IMG/VR virus record: IMGVR_UViG_3300009421_000002
From: a virus
DNA: 37,766 nt
Direction: 5' to 3' (one strand)
Each line of letters starts with the position of its first letter. Positions within the stretch are counted from its first letter, which is position 1. Of the stretch, positions 25,556 through 32,703 are shown piece after piece. Position numbers and translations under genes: made by a program. The notes beneath the pieces are model-generated. The model was not told the origin of the DNA. It did no database searches and saw only the letters and a program-made list of their open reading frames with translations.

Positions 25556-26428
25556 TCAATCTTCGCCGCGTTCCATAGCCCGCTCACGCTCGTTATACCG
25601 CGCTGTGAGCTTCGCCTGCTCGTCCGGATCAACGACTAGCCGAATCATTTCGCCCGCAACTTCCAGAACATCGAGCGCGTCCGAGTTGTTGATCTTTTTT
25701 AGTACTTGCGCGTAAGACATGGCGTTGCCGTCATCGTCGGCGGGGGTTTGCTGGTCTGCTTCGGATTGAATCTCGTCGGCTGGCGTCTCGTCGGTTAACT
25801 GCTTGCCGTTGATTTTCATGTTGAGCTGGTCAATCTCTTCGACGCCAGTAGCAGAGCCAGTCACCTCAGCGTCAATGATCCGCTCTGCTTCGTCTTGATC
25901 GTAGATGCCAACCAATGAATAAGCGACGCGCGCGCATTGAATCATGGCTTTGTGTCGCAACATGCGGCGCGGCATTTGCGTCCAGGGCTCAGTGCCGCGT
26001 TTGCATTCTTCGTAAAACTCTTTGACGACAGTGGGTCGCGTGCGATCTTTGCGGTAGATCGTGCATGTGATCCAGCGCGGCACCGGAACTTTTTCGGACA
26101 TATCCGGGCCGTATTCAAACTCAATGCCATCATGCTCGGGCTGACTGTTGATGATACGAGCCCAGCCGTCAACACCGACCATCGGCACAATGTCATTGCC
26201 CTTGCCAGGAAAGGCGTAAATCTCTTTGGTAAAGGGGTTAAGCCCGTACTGATCTGCAACGATCAACAGCGCTACCATCTGCTCATCTGATACTTCGCTG
26301 CCGCCCTTGCCTTTGAATACAGTGTTTTTGAGCGTATTGACCAGATTGCTCTGAGAGACTTTGAATCGCGTGGCCATCTGTGCCAGGGCGCTGGCGGGTT
26401 TGGTTGTAGTCGTGACTTCGTTACTCAT
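25556..26428 (-). CDS. recT: RecT-family single-strand annealing protein
   Basis: ALLIVADQYGLNPFTKEIYAFP...VGVDGWARI...TQMPRRMLRHKAMIQCARVAY is a classic RecT core. ATG 26428 preceded by GGAGAG. Confidence 0.85.
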   Translation of the reverse strand: MSNEVTTTTKPASALAQMATRFKVSQSNLVNTLKNTVFKGKGGSEVSDEQMVALLIVADQYGLNPFTKEIYAFPGKGNDIVPMVGVDGWARIINSQPEHDGIEFEYGPDMSEKVPVPRWITCTIYRKDRTRPTVVKEFYEECKRGTEPWTQMPRRMLRHKAMIQCARVAYSLVGIYDQDEAERIIDAEVTGSATGVEEIDQLNMKINGKQLTDETPADEIQSEADQQTPADDDGNAMSYAQVLKKINNSDALDVLEVAGEMIRLVVDPDEQAKLTARYNERERAMERGED

Positions 26429-26442
26429 TTGTGACTCTCCAA

Positions 26443-27315
26443 TTATTGAGCAATTTGCATGTAATAGCGCGGCATTTCCATTCGCTGAATTGTTTCGGGA
26501 TAGCTGGGCCAAAACCCTGATTCTTTGGCCAGGGCGTATTGCGCAAGCGCATCATTAGCTCGATACAATCCAATAGCCATCAACGGGGCAGGACATAAAA
26601 ACACTTGCACCCCATAAGGCGCCTGATACTCCGCTGCAATCCAAAGCCAATAGCGCAACGACTCATTGAATACGTGCTCGCTGCCACTGTTATAAAAGCC
26701 TGCCTGAACGTCATAGCGAAAGTTTTGGATGGTCCGCATGAAGCCACGTTGGCTGGCATCGTTAGTGGTTTTCAGATCGACCGCTATCAGGTCATCAGTC
26801 AGACGGTCAAAACGCATTTTGCAGTTCGTGCGCGTTTCGTTGTCCTGCCAAAATCCAGACAGCTCAGAGCGCCCTGGCATTTCAAGGTAGTGCATTGCGC
26901 CCTTATGATTTTGGATTGCCCTGGCGCAGCACTCTGCCCGGTGTATTTCGTCTGGCTTGAGCAAAACTTGTCCCGGCTCAAGCCCGCTAATGATGGCTTC
27001 CTTGCGCTCACGGTCGGCAGGTTTACGCAAGTTCAGGTCTGGCATTTCCACAACCGTGACATCGATCAGATCAGGCGTCAGCACCATGCAATGGACTGCT
27101 GTGCCAATATCCATTTCGGTTGATGCTTTGCGCGTCTGCTGTTCCTCTGCTTTCAAATGCAAGGGCGACTTATCAATGATGGTTTTGAGTTTGGATGAGC
27201 TAGCCGCATCAATGGCAAGGTAATCAGAAAAATCCATATCTTCAACAAGCCCGGATTTATACGAGTCAGCACCCATTACCTCGACGCCGTGATCAAGTTC
27301 TAATTCTTCGCTCAT
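26443..27315 (-). CDS. PD-(D/E)xK exonuclease (RecE C-terminal / DUF3799-like)
   Basis: GTAVHCMVL, CKMRFDRL, IAVDLKTTNDAS and FRYDVQAGFY match the exodeoxyribonuclease VIII-type PDDEXK pattern. ATG 27315 with SD GGTGA. Confidence 0.7.
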   Translation of the reverse strand: MSEELELDHGVEVMGADSYKSGLVEDMDFSDYLAIDAASSSKLKTIIDKSPLHLKAEEQQTRKASTEMDIGTAVHCMVLTPDLIDVTVVEMPDLNLRKPADRERKEAIISGLEPGQVLLKPDEIHRAECCARAIQNHKGAMHYLEMPGRSELSGFWQDNETRTNCKMRFDRLTDDLIAVDLKTTNDASQRGFMRTIQNFRYDVQAGFYNSGSEHVFNESLRYWLWIAAEYQAPYGVQVFLCPAPLMAIGLYRANDALAQYALAKESGFWPSYPETIQRMEMPRYYMQIAQ

Positions 27316-27467
27316 ATCATCACCACAATCGCAAGCGCCCAAACCAAGCAGAAGGCAACCGCACCCACCGCCAACTCAGCCAAAAACTTAGGCCAGCTAC
27401 GATCCTCGGAATCGTCAAACAGTGACCAGTCGGACAGGTGGCGCATGAAGTCGTCAAAGTTGTTCAT
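27312..27467 (-). CDS. 51-aa single-TM peptide (MNNFDDFMRHLSDWSLFDDSEDRSWPKFLAELAVGAVAFCLVWALAIVVMI)
   Basis: Hand-translated. ATGA-type overlaps at both ends. Below the ORF-track cutoff. Confidence 0.5.
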   Translation of the reverse strand: MNNFDDFMRHLSDWSLFDDSEDRSWPKFLAELAVGAVAFCLVWALAIVVMI

Positions 27468-27565
27468 GATGCAATCCCCCACAAAAGGCCAGCAGCAATC
27501 AAGGCAAGCACGATGCAGCGCAGATAGTCGGGCGCGGCGGTTAGTAAATAGATGGTCCAGTTCAT
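27464..27565 (-). CDS. 33-aa hydrophobic peptide (MNWTIYLLTAAPDYLRCIVLALIAAGLLWGIAS)
   Basis: Hand-translated. ATGA overlaps at both ends. Confidence 0.45.
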   Translation of the reverse strand: MNWTIYLLTAAPDYLRCIVLALIAAGLLWGIAS

Positions 27566-27705
27566 GACGTCACCAATGCAACGGCAAGAGCACCGGAAGT
27601 AGCCGCAACCATTTGAGCGGCAAAGTCATAGACAAAGAACGTGTCGTTAATTGCAGCGGCGACCGTGCCAATAACAAAAGCTGCAAACAGTTTTAGTAAG
27701 ATCAT
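27562..27705 (-). CDS. 47-aa hydrophobic peptide (MILLKLFAAFVIGTVAAAINDTFFVYDFAAQMVAATSGALAVALVTS)
   Basis: Hand-translated. ATGA overlaps at both ends. Confidence 0.5.
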   Translation of the reverse strand: MILLKLFAAFVIGTVAAAINDTFFVYDFAAQMVAATSGALAVALVTS

Positions 27706-27995
27706 GATTCCCCCCGAATCTCATCAGCAATAAACCCGATAACTTTCTCTTTCCCCACAACACCCAACATCGTCGCGTCATAAGACTCACCGCGAATGGC
27801 TTTGGAAATAACGCGCTGCACTTCGTTAAGGTCGAGCAGATTGGGTAGGCATTCAAGGATGTACGCGCACTGCTCTGTCTCGGTCATCTGTGACCAGCGC
27901 TCGGCGGCTTGATCTTCAATGGTGTTTAGTGGTTCGTGAACCAGACCGGGCAGCGATGTGTCTAGGCTGATTTGGGACTGTTGAAAGGTGTTCAT
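27702..27995 (-). CDS. Hypothetical 97-aa protein, first gene of the leftward early operon
   Basis: ATG 27995 preceded by GGAG (complement of 28001-28004). Confidence 0.6.
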   Translation of the reverse strand: MNTFQQSQISLDTSLPGLVHEPLNTIEDQAAERWSQMTETEQCAYILECLPNLLDLNEVQRVISKAIRGESYDATMLGVVGKEKVIGFIADEIRGES

Positions 27996-28025
27996 TGTGA
28001 CTCCGTTTGTGTTGACTGAGCCTTA

Positions 28026-28054
28026 ATCCTATTTCAACACTGAAACGATAGCAA
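28026..28054 (-). promoter_or_regulatory. Leftward early promoter candidate (-35 TTGCTA, 17-nt spacer, -10 TAGGAT)
   Basis: -35 is the complement of 28049-28054 and -10 the complement of 28026-28031. The spacer contains the palindrome TTTCA-acac-TGAAA. Confidence 0.5.
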
Positions 28055-28094
28055 GCTATTTCAGAAAAGAATTTGTCAAATCTGAAACGCTAGC
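28032..28094. promoter_or_regulatory. Operator set: CTGAAACGATAGC (28040-28052), CTGAAACGCTAGC (28082-28094), inverted partial copy GCTATTTCAG (28055-28064), palindrome TTTCAacacTGAAA (28032-28045)
   Basis: Two 13-mers differ at one base and lie 42 bp apart, each in a promoter spacer. The TTTCA/TGAAA half-sites recur. Confidence 0.6.
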
Positions 28095-28101
28095 CGATAA
28101 T
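28073..28101 (+). promoter_or_regulatory. Rightward early promoter (-35 TTGTCA, 17-nt spacer, -10 GATAAT)
   Basis: -35 at 28073-28078 and -10 at 28096-28101. The ATG at 28109 lies only 7 nt after the -10, which implies a leaderless or near-leaderless mRNA. Confidence 0.65.
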
Positions 28102-28108
28102 CGGTCGC

Positions 28109-28300
28109 ATGAAATTACGTGAACACTTACAAAGAACACGAGCCACGCTCATGGCGATGGACAAACAGCAGACCGGCAAGATCTGCGGCATCACTGGCAT
28201 GAGCGCCACCACGTTCTGGCGGATTCAGACGGGCAAGAAAATCCCTGATCTGTGGGAGTACGAAGATTTATTGAAGGCTATTGGGAGGGTTAGCAAATGA
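28109..28300 (+). CDS. Cro/CI-type HTH transcriptional regulator, 63 aa
   Basis: QTGKICGITGMSATTFWRIQTGKKIP is a typical HTH. Adjacent to the repeated operators. No SD, consistent with leaderless translation. Confidence 0.7.
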   Translation: MKLREHLQRTRATLMAMDKQQTGKICGITGMSATTFWRIQTGKKIPDLWEYEDLLKAIGRVSK

Positions 28301-28530
28301 AAGTAAGTCTTGCAAAAGCATTTATGTCATGGGCCAGCAAGGCGCTGAGAACAAATAACGGCGCTGTGAGCGAAAGCAAGCTGCCCTGGTATGTGGGCGT
28401 GGGCTCGGGCTACATTGCCCCTCTGCCGCCATATCGAAGCAAGTACAACCCTCATGTTGGTAAGAAGGAAGCCGCCAGGGCGCTCAGATTCAAAGACAAG
28501 CATGGGCACTGGCCTGGGAATACGTTTTAA
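28297..28530 (+). CDS. Hypothetical 77-aa protein
   Basis: ATGA overlap with the HTH gene. Confidence 0.5.
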   Translation: MKVSLAKAFMSWASKALRTNNGAVSESKLPWYVGVGSGYIAPLPPYRSKYNPHVGKKEAARALRFKDKHGHWPGNTF

Positions 28531-28574
28531 TCAGATAAGGGTCAGCCGGTAGTGCCCGTCAACAACCACCCAAC

Positions 28575-28600
28575 ACCGGCAGCCGGGGCAGCGGTTTTTT
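28575..28600 (+). terminator. Possible weak intrinsic terminator
   Basis: ACCGGC-agccggg-GCagCGGT followed by TTTTTT, 45 nt after the stop at 28530. Confidence 0.35.
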
Positions 28601-28864
28601 CATTCAATTTTTCCCGCTGTGACCCGGCACCTATCCCCAGCCTGACACCCACAACCACACGATAAAACCAACAACGAACCACCGGATCGTCCGAATAATT
28701 CTGTCTGTCAATTCCAGCAACGGCCAGAAGCGCCAACTGCGGCGGTACTTATCGAGCAGATTGATAATGGTCTCCCGCGAGTATCAATTCAAATGATTAT
28801 GTCTTGAGTGGTATGGCTGTGATACCTTTCACTCCGTTGACCTGTCAGTCGATGCAAACCTAAG

Positions 28865-28948
28865 CCCGTTTAAGCCTGGGGCGGTCCCGAAAGGGGGCAA
28901 CGCATAGCGCGTTGACTGACAGCCGCTTCAGCCTTAAACGGGTTTTTT
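28865..28948 (+). terminator. Long branched hairpin ending in U6: a structured RNA element and/or strong intrinsic terminator
   Basis: 28865-28884 pairs with 28923-28942 (20 positions, one C-C mismatch, two G-U). Two inner hairpins: CCC-GAAA-GGG at 28886-28895 and CAACGC-ataGC-GCGTTG at 28898-28914. TTTTTT at 28943-28948. Confidence 0.65.
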
Positions 28949-29242
28949 GCGTCTAAGCCAACCGTCAGTGCCACGAAGTTATGGGGTCCAAGAGTGCCCG
29001 CAGCACACAAAAGCTCAGCGGTAAGGGGTCGAAGTTAGATCGCCCGGTGCAAATCCGAAAGAATCCGCCGGCTGCCTGTACTCACAATGCCGAGGGGCGA
29101 ACGGTATCAATCCGTTGCTGAGTGAGACCCGAGCAATTCGGGGTTGGACATCTAAGGCTAAATGCTCTGTTGTGGGGTAGGGGGCCTTATGGAAGGAACG
29201 GACAGAAGCAGCAAAGCATTAGGGGCTTGTGGTGAGCAACAA

Positions 29243-29251
29243 TTATCCACA
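29243..29251 (+). promoter_or_regulatory. Perfect consensus DnaA box TTATCCACA, inside the inverted repeat GCTTGTGG-N14-CCACAAGC (29225-29254)
   Basis: Exact 9-mer match, 20 nt upstream of ATG 29272. It is a single copy, so a chance match cannot be excluded. Confidence 0.4.
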
Positions 29252-29271
29252 AGCAATACAGGGAAGATTCT

Positions 29272-29733
29272 ATGAAAGAAAAAATCCGGCAAATGATCGT
29301 GACAAAAGGGGCATTCAAAGGCCGATATTTTGTCGAATTGTCCACATACGCATTGATTGACATTGCTCAACAAGCGGCGGCGAAAGAGTCTCAAGCGGCA
29401 TTTAAGATTTTGCGCGACCGATACAAAGGGTCAGAAGCAAAAGCAACGCTTGCTCGCAAGAAAACGAATCGAGCAAATAGCGGCGAGTACAGCAACGCAC
29501 ATCAAGAGCAAATGATTGAATCGTGCAGCATCAGCGCGATGCGCGGCACTGAGGACGCCACAGGCTGGGCAACTATCGTTAGCCCTTACTTGCTGATTCC
29601 ATCGCTGGACAAACGGTGCTGCGACCTAAGCACAGACGAGAAGATGGAGTATTTAGCGCACACTTTTTACGGCCCGTCAGTCAAGGCGGCAATCGAAAAC
29701 CAAATGGGGTTTATCCATGCAACAGTCACTTGA
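29272..29733 (+). CDS. Hypothetical 153-aa protein
   Basis: ATG preceded by CAGGGAAG. First ORF after the long non-coding tract. Confidence 0.6.
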   Translation: MKEKIRQMIVTKGAFKGRYFVELSTYALIDIAQQAAAKESQAAFKILRDRYKGSEAKATLARKKTNRANSGEYSNAHQEQMIESCSISAMRGTEDATGWATIVSPYLLIPSLDKRCCDLSTDEKMEYLAHTFYGPSVKAAIENQMGFIHATVT

Positions 29734-30136
29734 AGCAGTAGAAACAGCCGAGCCCATGACCTTCGATCAATTTTGGTCGATCTATCCGAAAAAGGTCGCC
29801 AAAACCGAAGCGCGAGTAGTCTACGACAAGCTGAGCGAATACGACTTGATCGAGCTTGGCAAGATGGCTCCGGCTTTGATTCATTCCTGGCGATTCCGCG
29901 AGCGTCGCCACATCATGGCCCCCGACAAATTCTTGCGCCGCAAGCGATGGCATGACACACCCGACGCGGAACCGGGCACGACTGGCGGCCAGCGGCAGGC
30001 AAGTCACCAGATGATGATGATGGCCAGAGATGACGATAAGCCAATTGTCCCAACACCCGCAGAGCAAGCGCGGATCAATTTACAAAACGCTCGGGCGATG
30101 ATTCGCGGGGCGGTTAAAAGGATGCCAGGATCATGA
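29717..30136 (+). CDS. Conserved phage protein with N-terminal F-x-x-FW-x-x-YPKK-x-x-K and a later RRKRWHD motif
   Basis: FDQFWSIYPKKVAKTEARVVYDKL ... APDKFLRRKRWHD. I remember this pattern from small proteins in phage replication regions. Function unknown. Confidence 0.55.
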   Translation: MQQSLEAVETAEPMTFDQFWSIYPKKVAKTEARVVYDKLSEYDLIELGKMAPALIHSWRFRERRHIMAPDKFLRRKRWHDTPDAEPGTTGGQRQASHQMMMMARDDDKPIVPTPAEQARINLQNARAMIRGAVKRMPGS

Positions 30137-30477
30137 ACAACGACATCAACTCAATCGACCACATCGCCGGTTGCATGGCCACACAGATTGAGAACATTGC
30201 GATTGCGGTGGTTGGCTATCACGAGGCGCAGAAACATGGGCTGACGGCGTGGCAAACCACTGATCACGTGAGACACGTTCAAAGGCAGAAAGGCTATCTG
30301 GTCGATCTGATTAAGCGGTTGCCTCAGTTGCAAGCGCAGCCGGAAAAGTCAGAGCGGGCTTGCGACTTGCTTGTTCAGTTTCGTGACGAAGCGCTTGCGA
30401 TTAAAGATTCGGCAAGGATTCATCCGCAAAGGGTTGTAGAACGGTTAGACGTAATTCTTACGGCGCTAAATCGATGA
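30133..30477 (+). CDS. Hypothetical 114-aa protein
   Basis: ATGA overlap with the upstream gene. Confidence 0.55.
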   Translation: MNNDINSIDHIAGCMATQIENIAIAVVGYHEAQKHGLTAWQTTDHVRHVQRQKGYLVDLIKRLPQLQAQPEKSERACDLLVQFRDEALAIKDSARIHPQRVVERLDVILTALNR

Positions 30478-30662
30478 GCGATCGCCGAGATTGCCGCAGT
30501 TGCAAGTTTGGGTTTCCCCCAGAAGTTATGGACTTGAGTTGGAAAATTCCATTCAGACATTTCGCACCAATTGCCCGTTATTGCATTCAGTTGGATGGCT
30601 TGATAGATCCAATCAAAATCAGCGAGTGCCCGGTAGTCAATGAGCCTTTGGAGGTGGAGTGA
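30474..30662 (+). CDS. Hypothetical 62-aa Cys-containing protein
   Basis: ATGA overlap with the upstream gene. Confidence 0.5.
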   Translation: MSDRRDCRSCKFGFPPEVMDLSWKIPFRHFAPIARYCIQLDGLIDPIKISECPVVNEPLEVE

Positions 30663-31033
30663 TGAAGTTTAGGAAAAAGCCGGTAGTGATTGAGGCGACT
30701 CAGTGGAAAAAGAACGGCGATCATCCTGATGATTATGCAGATCCCGTGCAGGGCTTTGAGAATGGGGAGCTAGTCGAGTTTGATCCTGAACATTGCAAGC
30801 TAGCAGATTGGGAAGGTCAAGTTGTCCGGCGTTTTAACCATCCTCAAATAAGCGGGCTTGTTGATTGCCATATTTGCCAAACTCCGATGTGTGGTCACGG
30901 CTGGATTGATACGCTAGAAGGTGGTCACAATGTTTGCCCTGGCGACTGGATCATCACCGGCATCAAAGGCGAACGCTACCCGTGCGAGCCGGATATTTTT
31001 GAAGCGACTTATGAACCTTTGGGGATCGAATAA
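30662..31033 (+). CDS. Conserved phage protein (KKPVVIEATQW ... GDWIITG..GERYPCEPDIFEATYEP pattern)
   Basis: TGATG overlap; SD GAGG at 30651-30654. I recall this motif pattern as widespread in phage hypothetical proteins. Confidence 0.6.
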   Translation: MKFRKKPVVIEATQWKKNGDHPDDYADPVQGFENGELVEFDPEHCKLADWEGQVVRRFNHPQISGLVDCHICQTPMCGHGWIDTLEGGHNVCPGDWIITGIKGERYPCEPDIFEATYEPLGIE

Positions 31034-31557
31034 TGGAATCAGATGCAGGCGAAAAACACATGGACCGATTGATGGCGGCGCTCAGCGAGCCGTTGAATCT
31101 GCCGCTAACCGGACAAAGCAACAAAATCCAGTCAATGGACGACGAGCCTCTGACGCTTGAGCAAGTCGCGCAGGCGATGAAAGAAGTGCAGGCGGCTAAG
31201 GAGCAGGCTTGGAAGGATCGGCATCCGTTGGTCCAAATTCCATCGGAGCCTGTGACTAACAGCGAGCAAGGCGTGGAGTACTTTCCGGGCGATGTTTTGT
31301 TGCACTCGTATCCGTATCACCATCTATACGAGCCGCAAGTGAAAGAATCCGCAATAGCCGAAGAGAAAAAATACAAAGAGCAAGTTCAATGGCTTGAAAA
31401 TTATTGGATGGATGTTTACAAAAACTCAAAAAACACTTCGCCGCCCGATCTAATCCGCACGCCAGCAGCCCAAGCGGTCAGCGCTGCTATGAACATCGGC
31501 CAGGACGTTAAGTCGATGCCACGGATGGGGTGGGAGTTTGAGGGGAGGCTGCGGTGA
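31033..31557 (+). CDS. Hypothetical 174-aa protein
   Basis: TAATG overlap with the upstream gene. Confidence 0.55.
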   Translation: MESDAGEKHMDRLMAALSEPLNLPLTGQSNKIQSMDDEPLTLEQVAQAMKEVQAAKEQAWKDRHPLVQIPSEPVTNSEQGVEYFPGDVLLHSYPYHHLYEPQVKESAIAEEKKYKEQVQWLENYWMDVYKNSKNTSPPDLIRTPAAQAVSAAMNIGQDVKSMPRMGWEFEGRLR

Positions 31558-31775
31558 GTGATGACGACATCGACGCAAGGCAAATGGAATTAGTGGGCGA
31601 TATTCAAAAGCTCAGAGCAGAGTGTGAAGAAACTGTTGCCCCACTGGTAAAAGAGTACGTCAGATTGGAAGGTTTTCGAGTAAGAAGAGTTGTCGTTTTT
31701 GGCAGCGAAGTGGAATTTTTGAAGAATCCCCACGCCGCAGGGCGATCCGCGAATTTTACACAGGGGCAGAAATGA
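31554..31775 (+). CDS. Hypothetical 73-aa protein
   Basis: GTG start in a GTGA overlap; SD GGAGG at 31543-31547. Confidence 0.5.
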   Translation: MSDDDIDARQMELVGDIQKLRAECEETVAPLVKEYVRLEGFRVRRVVVFGSEVEFLKNPHAAGRSANFTQGQK

Positions 31776-32221
31776 GCCAGCCAGGATGGGAGGGCGAGAA
31801 GGTTTTGGAGCCGAAGTGCAGTGATTGCGTTCATAGCGGAGTCCAAACGCTAATTGGCGGGGTTGTCCGCATTATGCCGCCGCCATTGATGTGCGATTGG
31901 ATGAAGAATAGAAACTACGGGGAGCCATGGGATCGCCGCTATGCGTGGGAAATGAGAGATGCTGACAACGATTTTTGTGGGCCGGATGGCAAGTGGTTCG
32001 AGCCCAAAACCAAACCTGCCCTTGAATGCGTGTCTCTGCGCCTGGTGATCACTCAAACGGTTCGGGGCGATTACATGGTTAAGATGAGCAACGACGCAGC
32101 TGGTACGTCATCGAACACGGTCGAGCAGCGCTACACAAAAGCCATTGTGTCTGCCCTTGGATTTGCCGAGGAAGAATTGGCGCAGTGGACTCACATGATG
32201 CAGATCAAGGGGAAGCTATGA
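31772..32221 (+). CDS. Hypothetical 149-aa Cys-rich protein
   Basis: ATGA overlap with the upstream gene. Confidence 0.55.
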   Translation: MSQPGWEGEKVLEPKCSDCVHSGVQTLIGGVVRIMPPPLMCDWMKNRNYGEPWDRRYAWEMRDADNDFCGPDGKWFEPKTKPALECVSLRLVITQTVRGDYMVKMSNDAAGTSSNTVEQRYTKAIVSALGFAEEELAQWTHMMQIKGKL

Positions 32222-32703
32222 CGATCCTAATGATCGGCTGCGATCCTGGCATGACTGGCTACCTGGCGCTACTCGACAAAGACGCTCGACTGCTCGACAC
32301 CGCCAAGATGCCGCTAAAGCCCAAAGATCCCAAGCGCAAATCGAACCGGGTGGACCCGCACGGCCTGGGGATGATCGTGCAAAACTGGCGCAAGGCTTAC
32401 GCAGGCGCACCCTGCTACGCCTGCATCGAGGATTTGCAGTTCATGCAGGGCGACAAGATGGGCGCGTTCAGTCTGATGAACATGGGCAGCGCGGCAGGCA
32501 TTGCCGAGGGCGTGCTGACGATCATGTGTCGCGGCGTGATGATGGTTCCCCCGGCAAAGTGGAAGCGGGATCTTCGATTGAGCAAAGACAAGGCCGCATC
32601 GGTCGAGTTGGCGCACCGGCTGTTTAACAAAAATATGGGTCATGACCGTGCAGAGGCCGCGCTGATTGGGTATTACGGGCTCAGTCAGGGGATGGGACGG
32701 TAG
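32218..32703 (+). CDS. RuvC-like Holliday junction resolvase
   Basis: MIGCDPGMTGY, ACIEDLQF and HDRAEAALIGYY correspond to the RuvC catalytic acidic motifs. ATGA overlap at 32218. Confidence 0.8.
   Translation: MTILMIGCDPGMTGYLALLDKDARLLDTAKMPLKPKDPKRKSNRVDPHGLGMIVQNWRKAYAGAPCYACIEDLQFMQGDKMGAFSLMNMGSAAGIAEGVLTIMCRGVMMVPPAKWKRDLRLSKDKAASVELAHRLFNKNMGHDRAEAALIGYYGLSQGMGR

Noticed and set aside
28542-28736. 64-aa minus-strand ORF in the long non-coding tract.
   Set aside because: It has a non-ATG start and no SD. It is the complement of the C-rich tract, so it is Gly/Val-rich, and it points against the local transcription direction.
29046-29056. GGTGCAAATCC, which resembles a tRNA T-loop.
   Set aside because: The flanks do not form a T-stem or acceptor stem, and I could not build a cloverleaf. 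I found no tRNA anywhere by eye.
28981-29121. 46-codon + strand ORF encoding a very basic peptide (MGSKSARSTQKLSGKGSKLDRPVQIRK...).
   Set aside because: There is no convincing SD and the region is hairpin-rich. It is not excluded as a real small protein, but there is no positive evidence.
29118-29150. CTGAGTGAG followed by the hairpin CCCGA-gcaat-TCGGG, superficially like a hammerhead ribozyme.
   Set aside because: The core should be CUGAnGA ... GAAA after helix II. Here TTGGAC follows the helix, so the catalytic core is absent.
29174-29225. G-runs (GGGG, GGGGG, GGGG) as a possible G-quadruplex.
   Set aside because: There are only three runs of three or more G, and the third is about 40 nt away. 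This does not meet a standard G4 pattern.
29158-29394. 78-aa minus-strand ORF overlapping the start of the gene at 29272.
   Set aside because: It opposes operon direction and overlaps a better-supported gene and its SD. It has no start context of its own.
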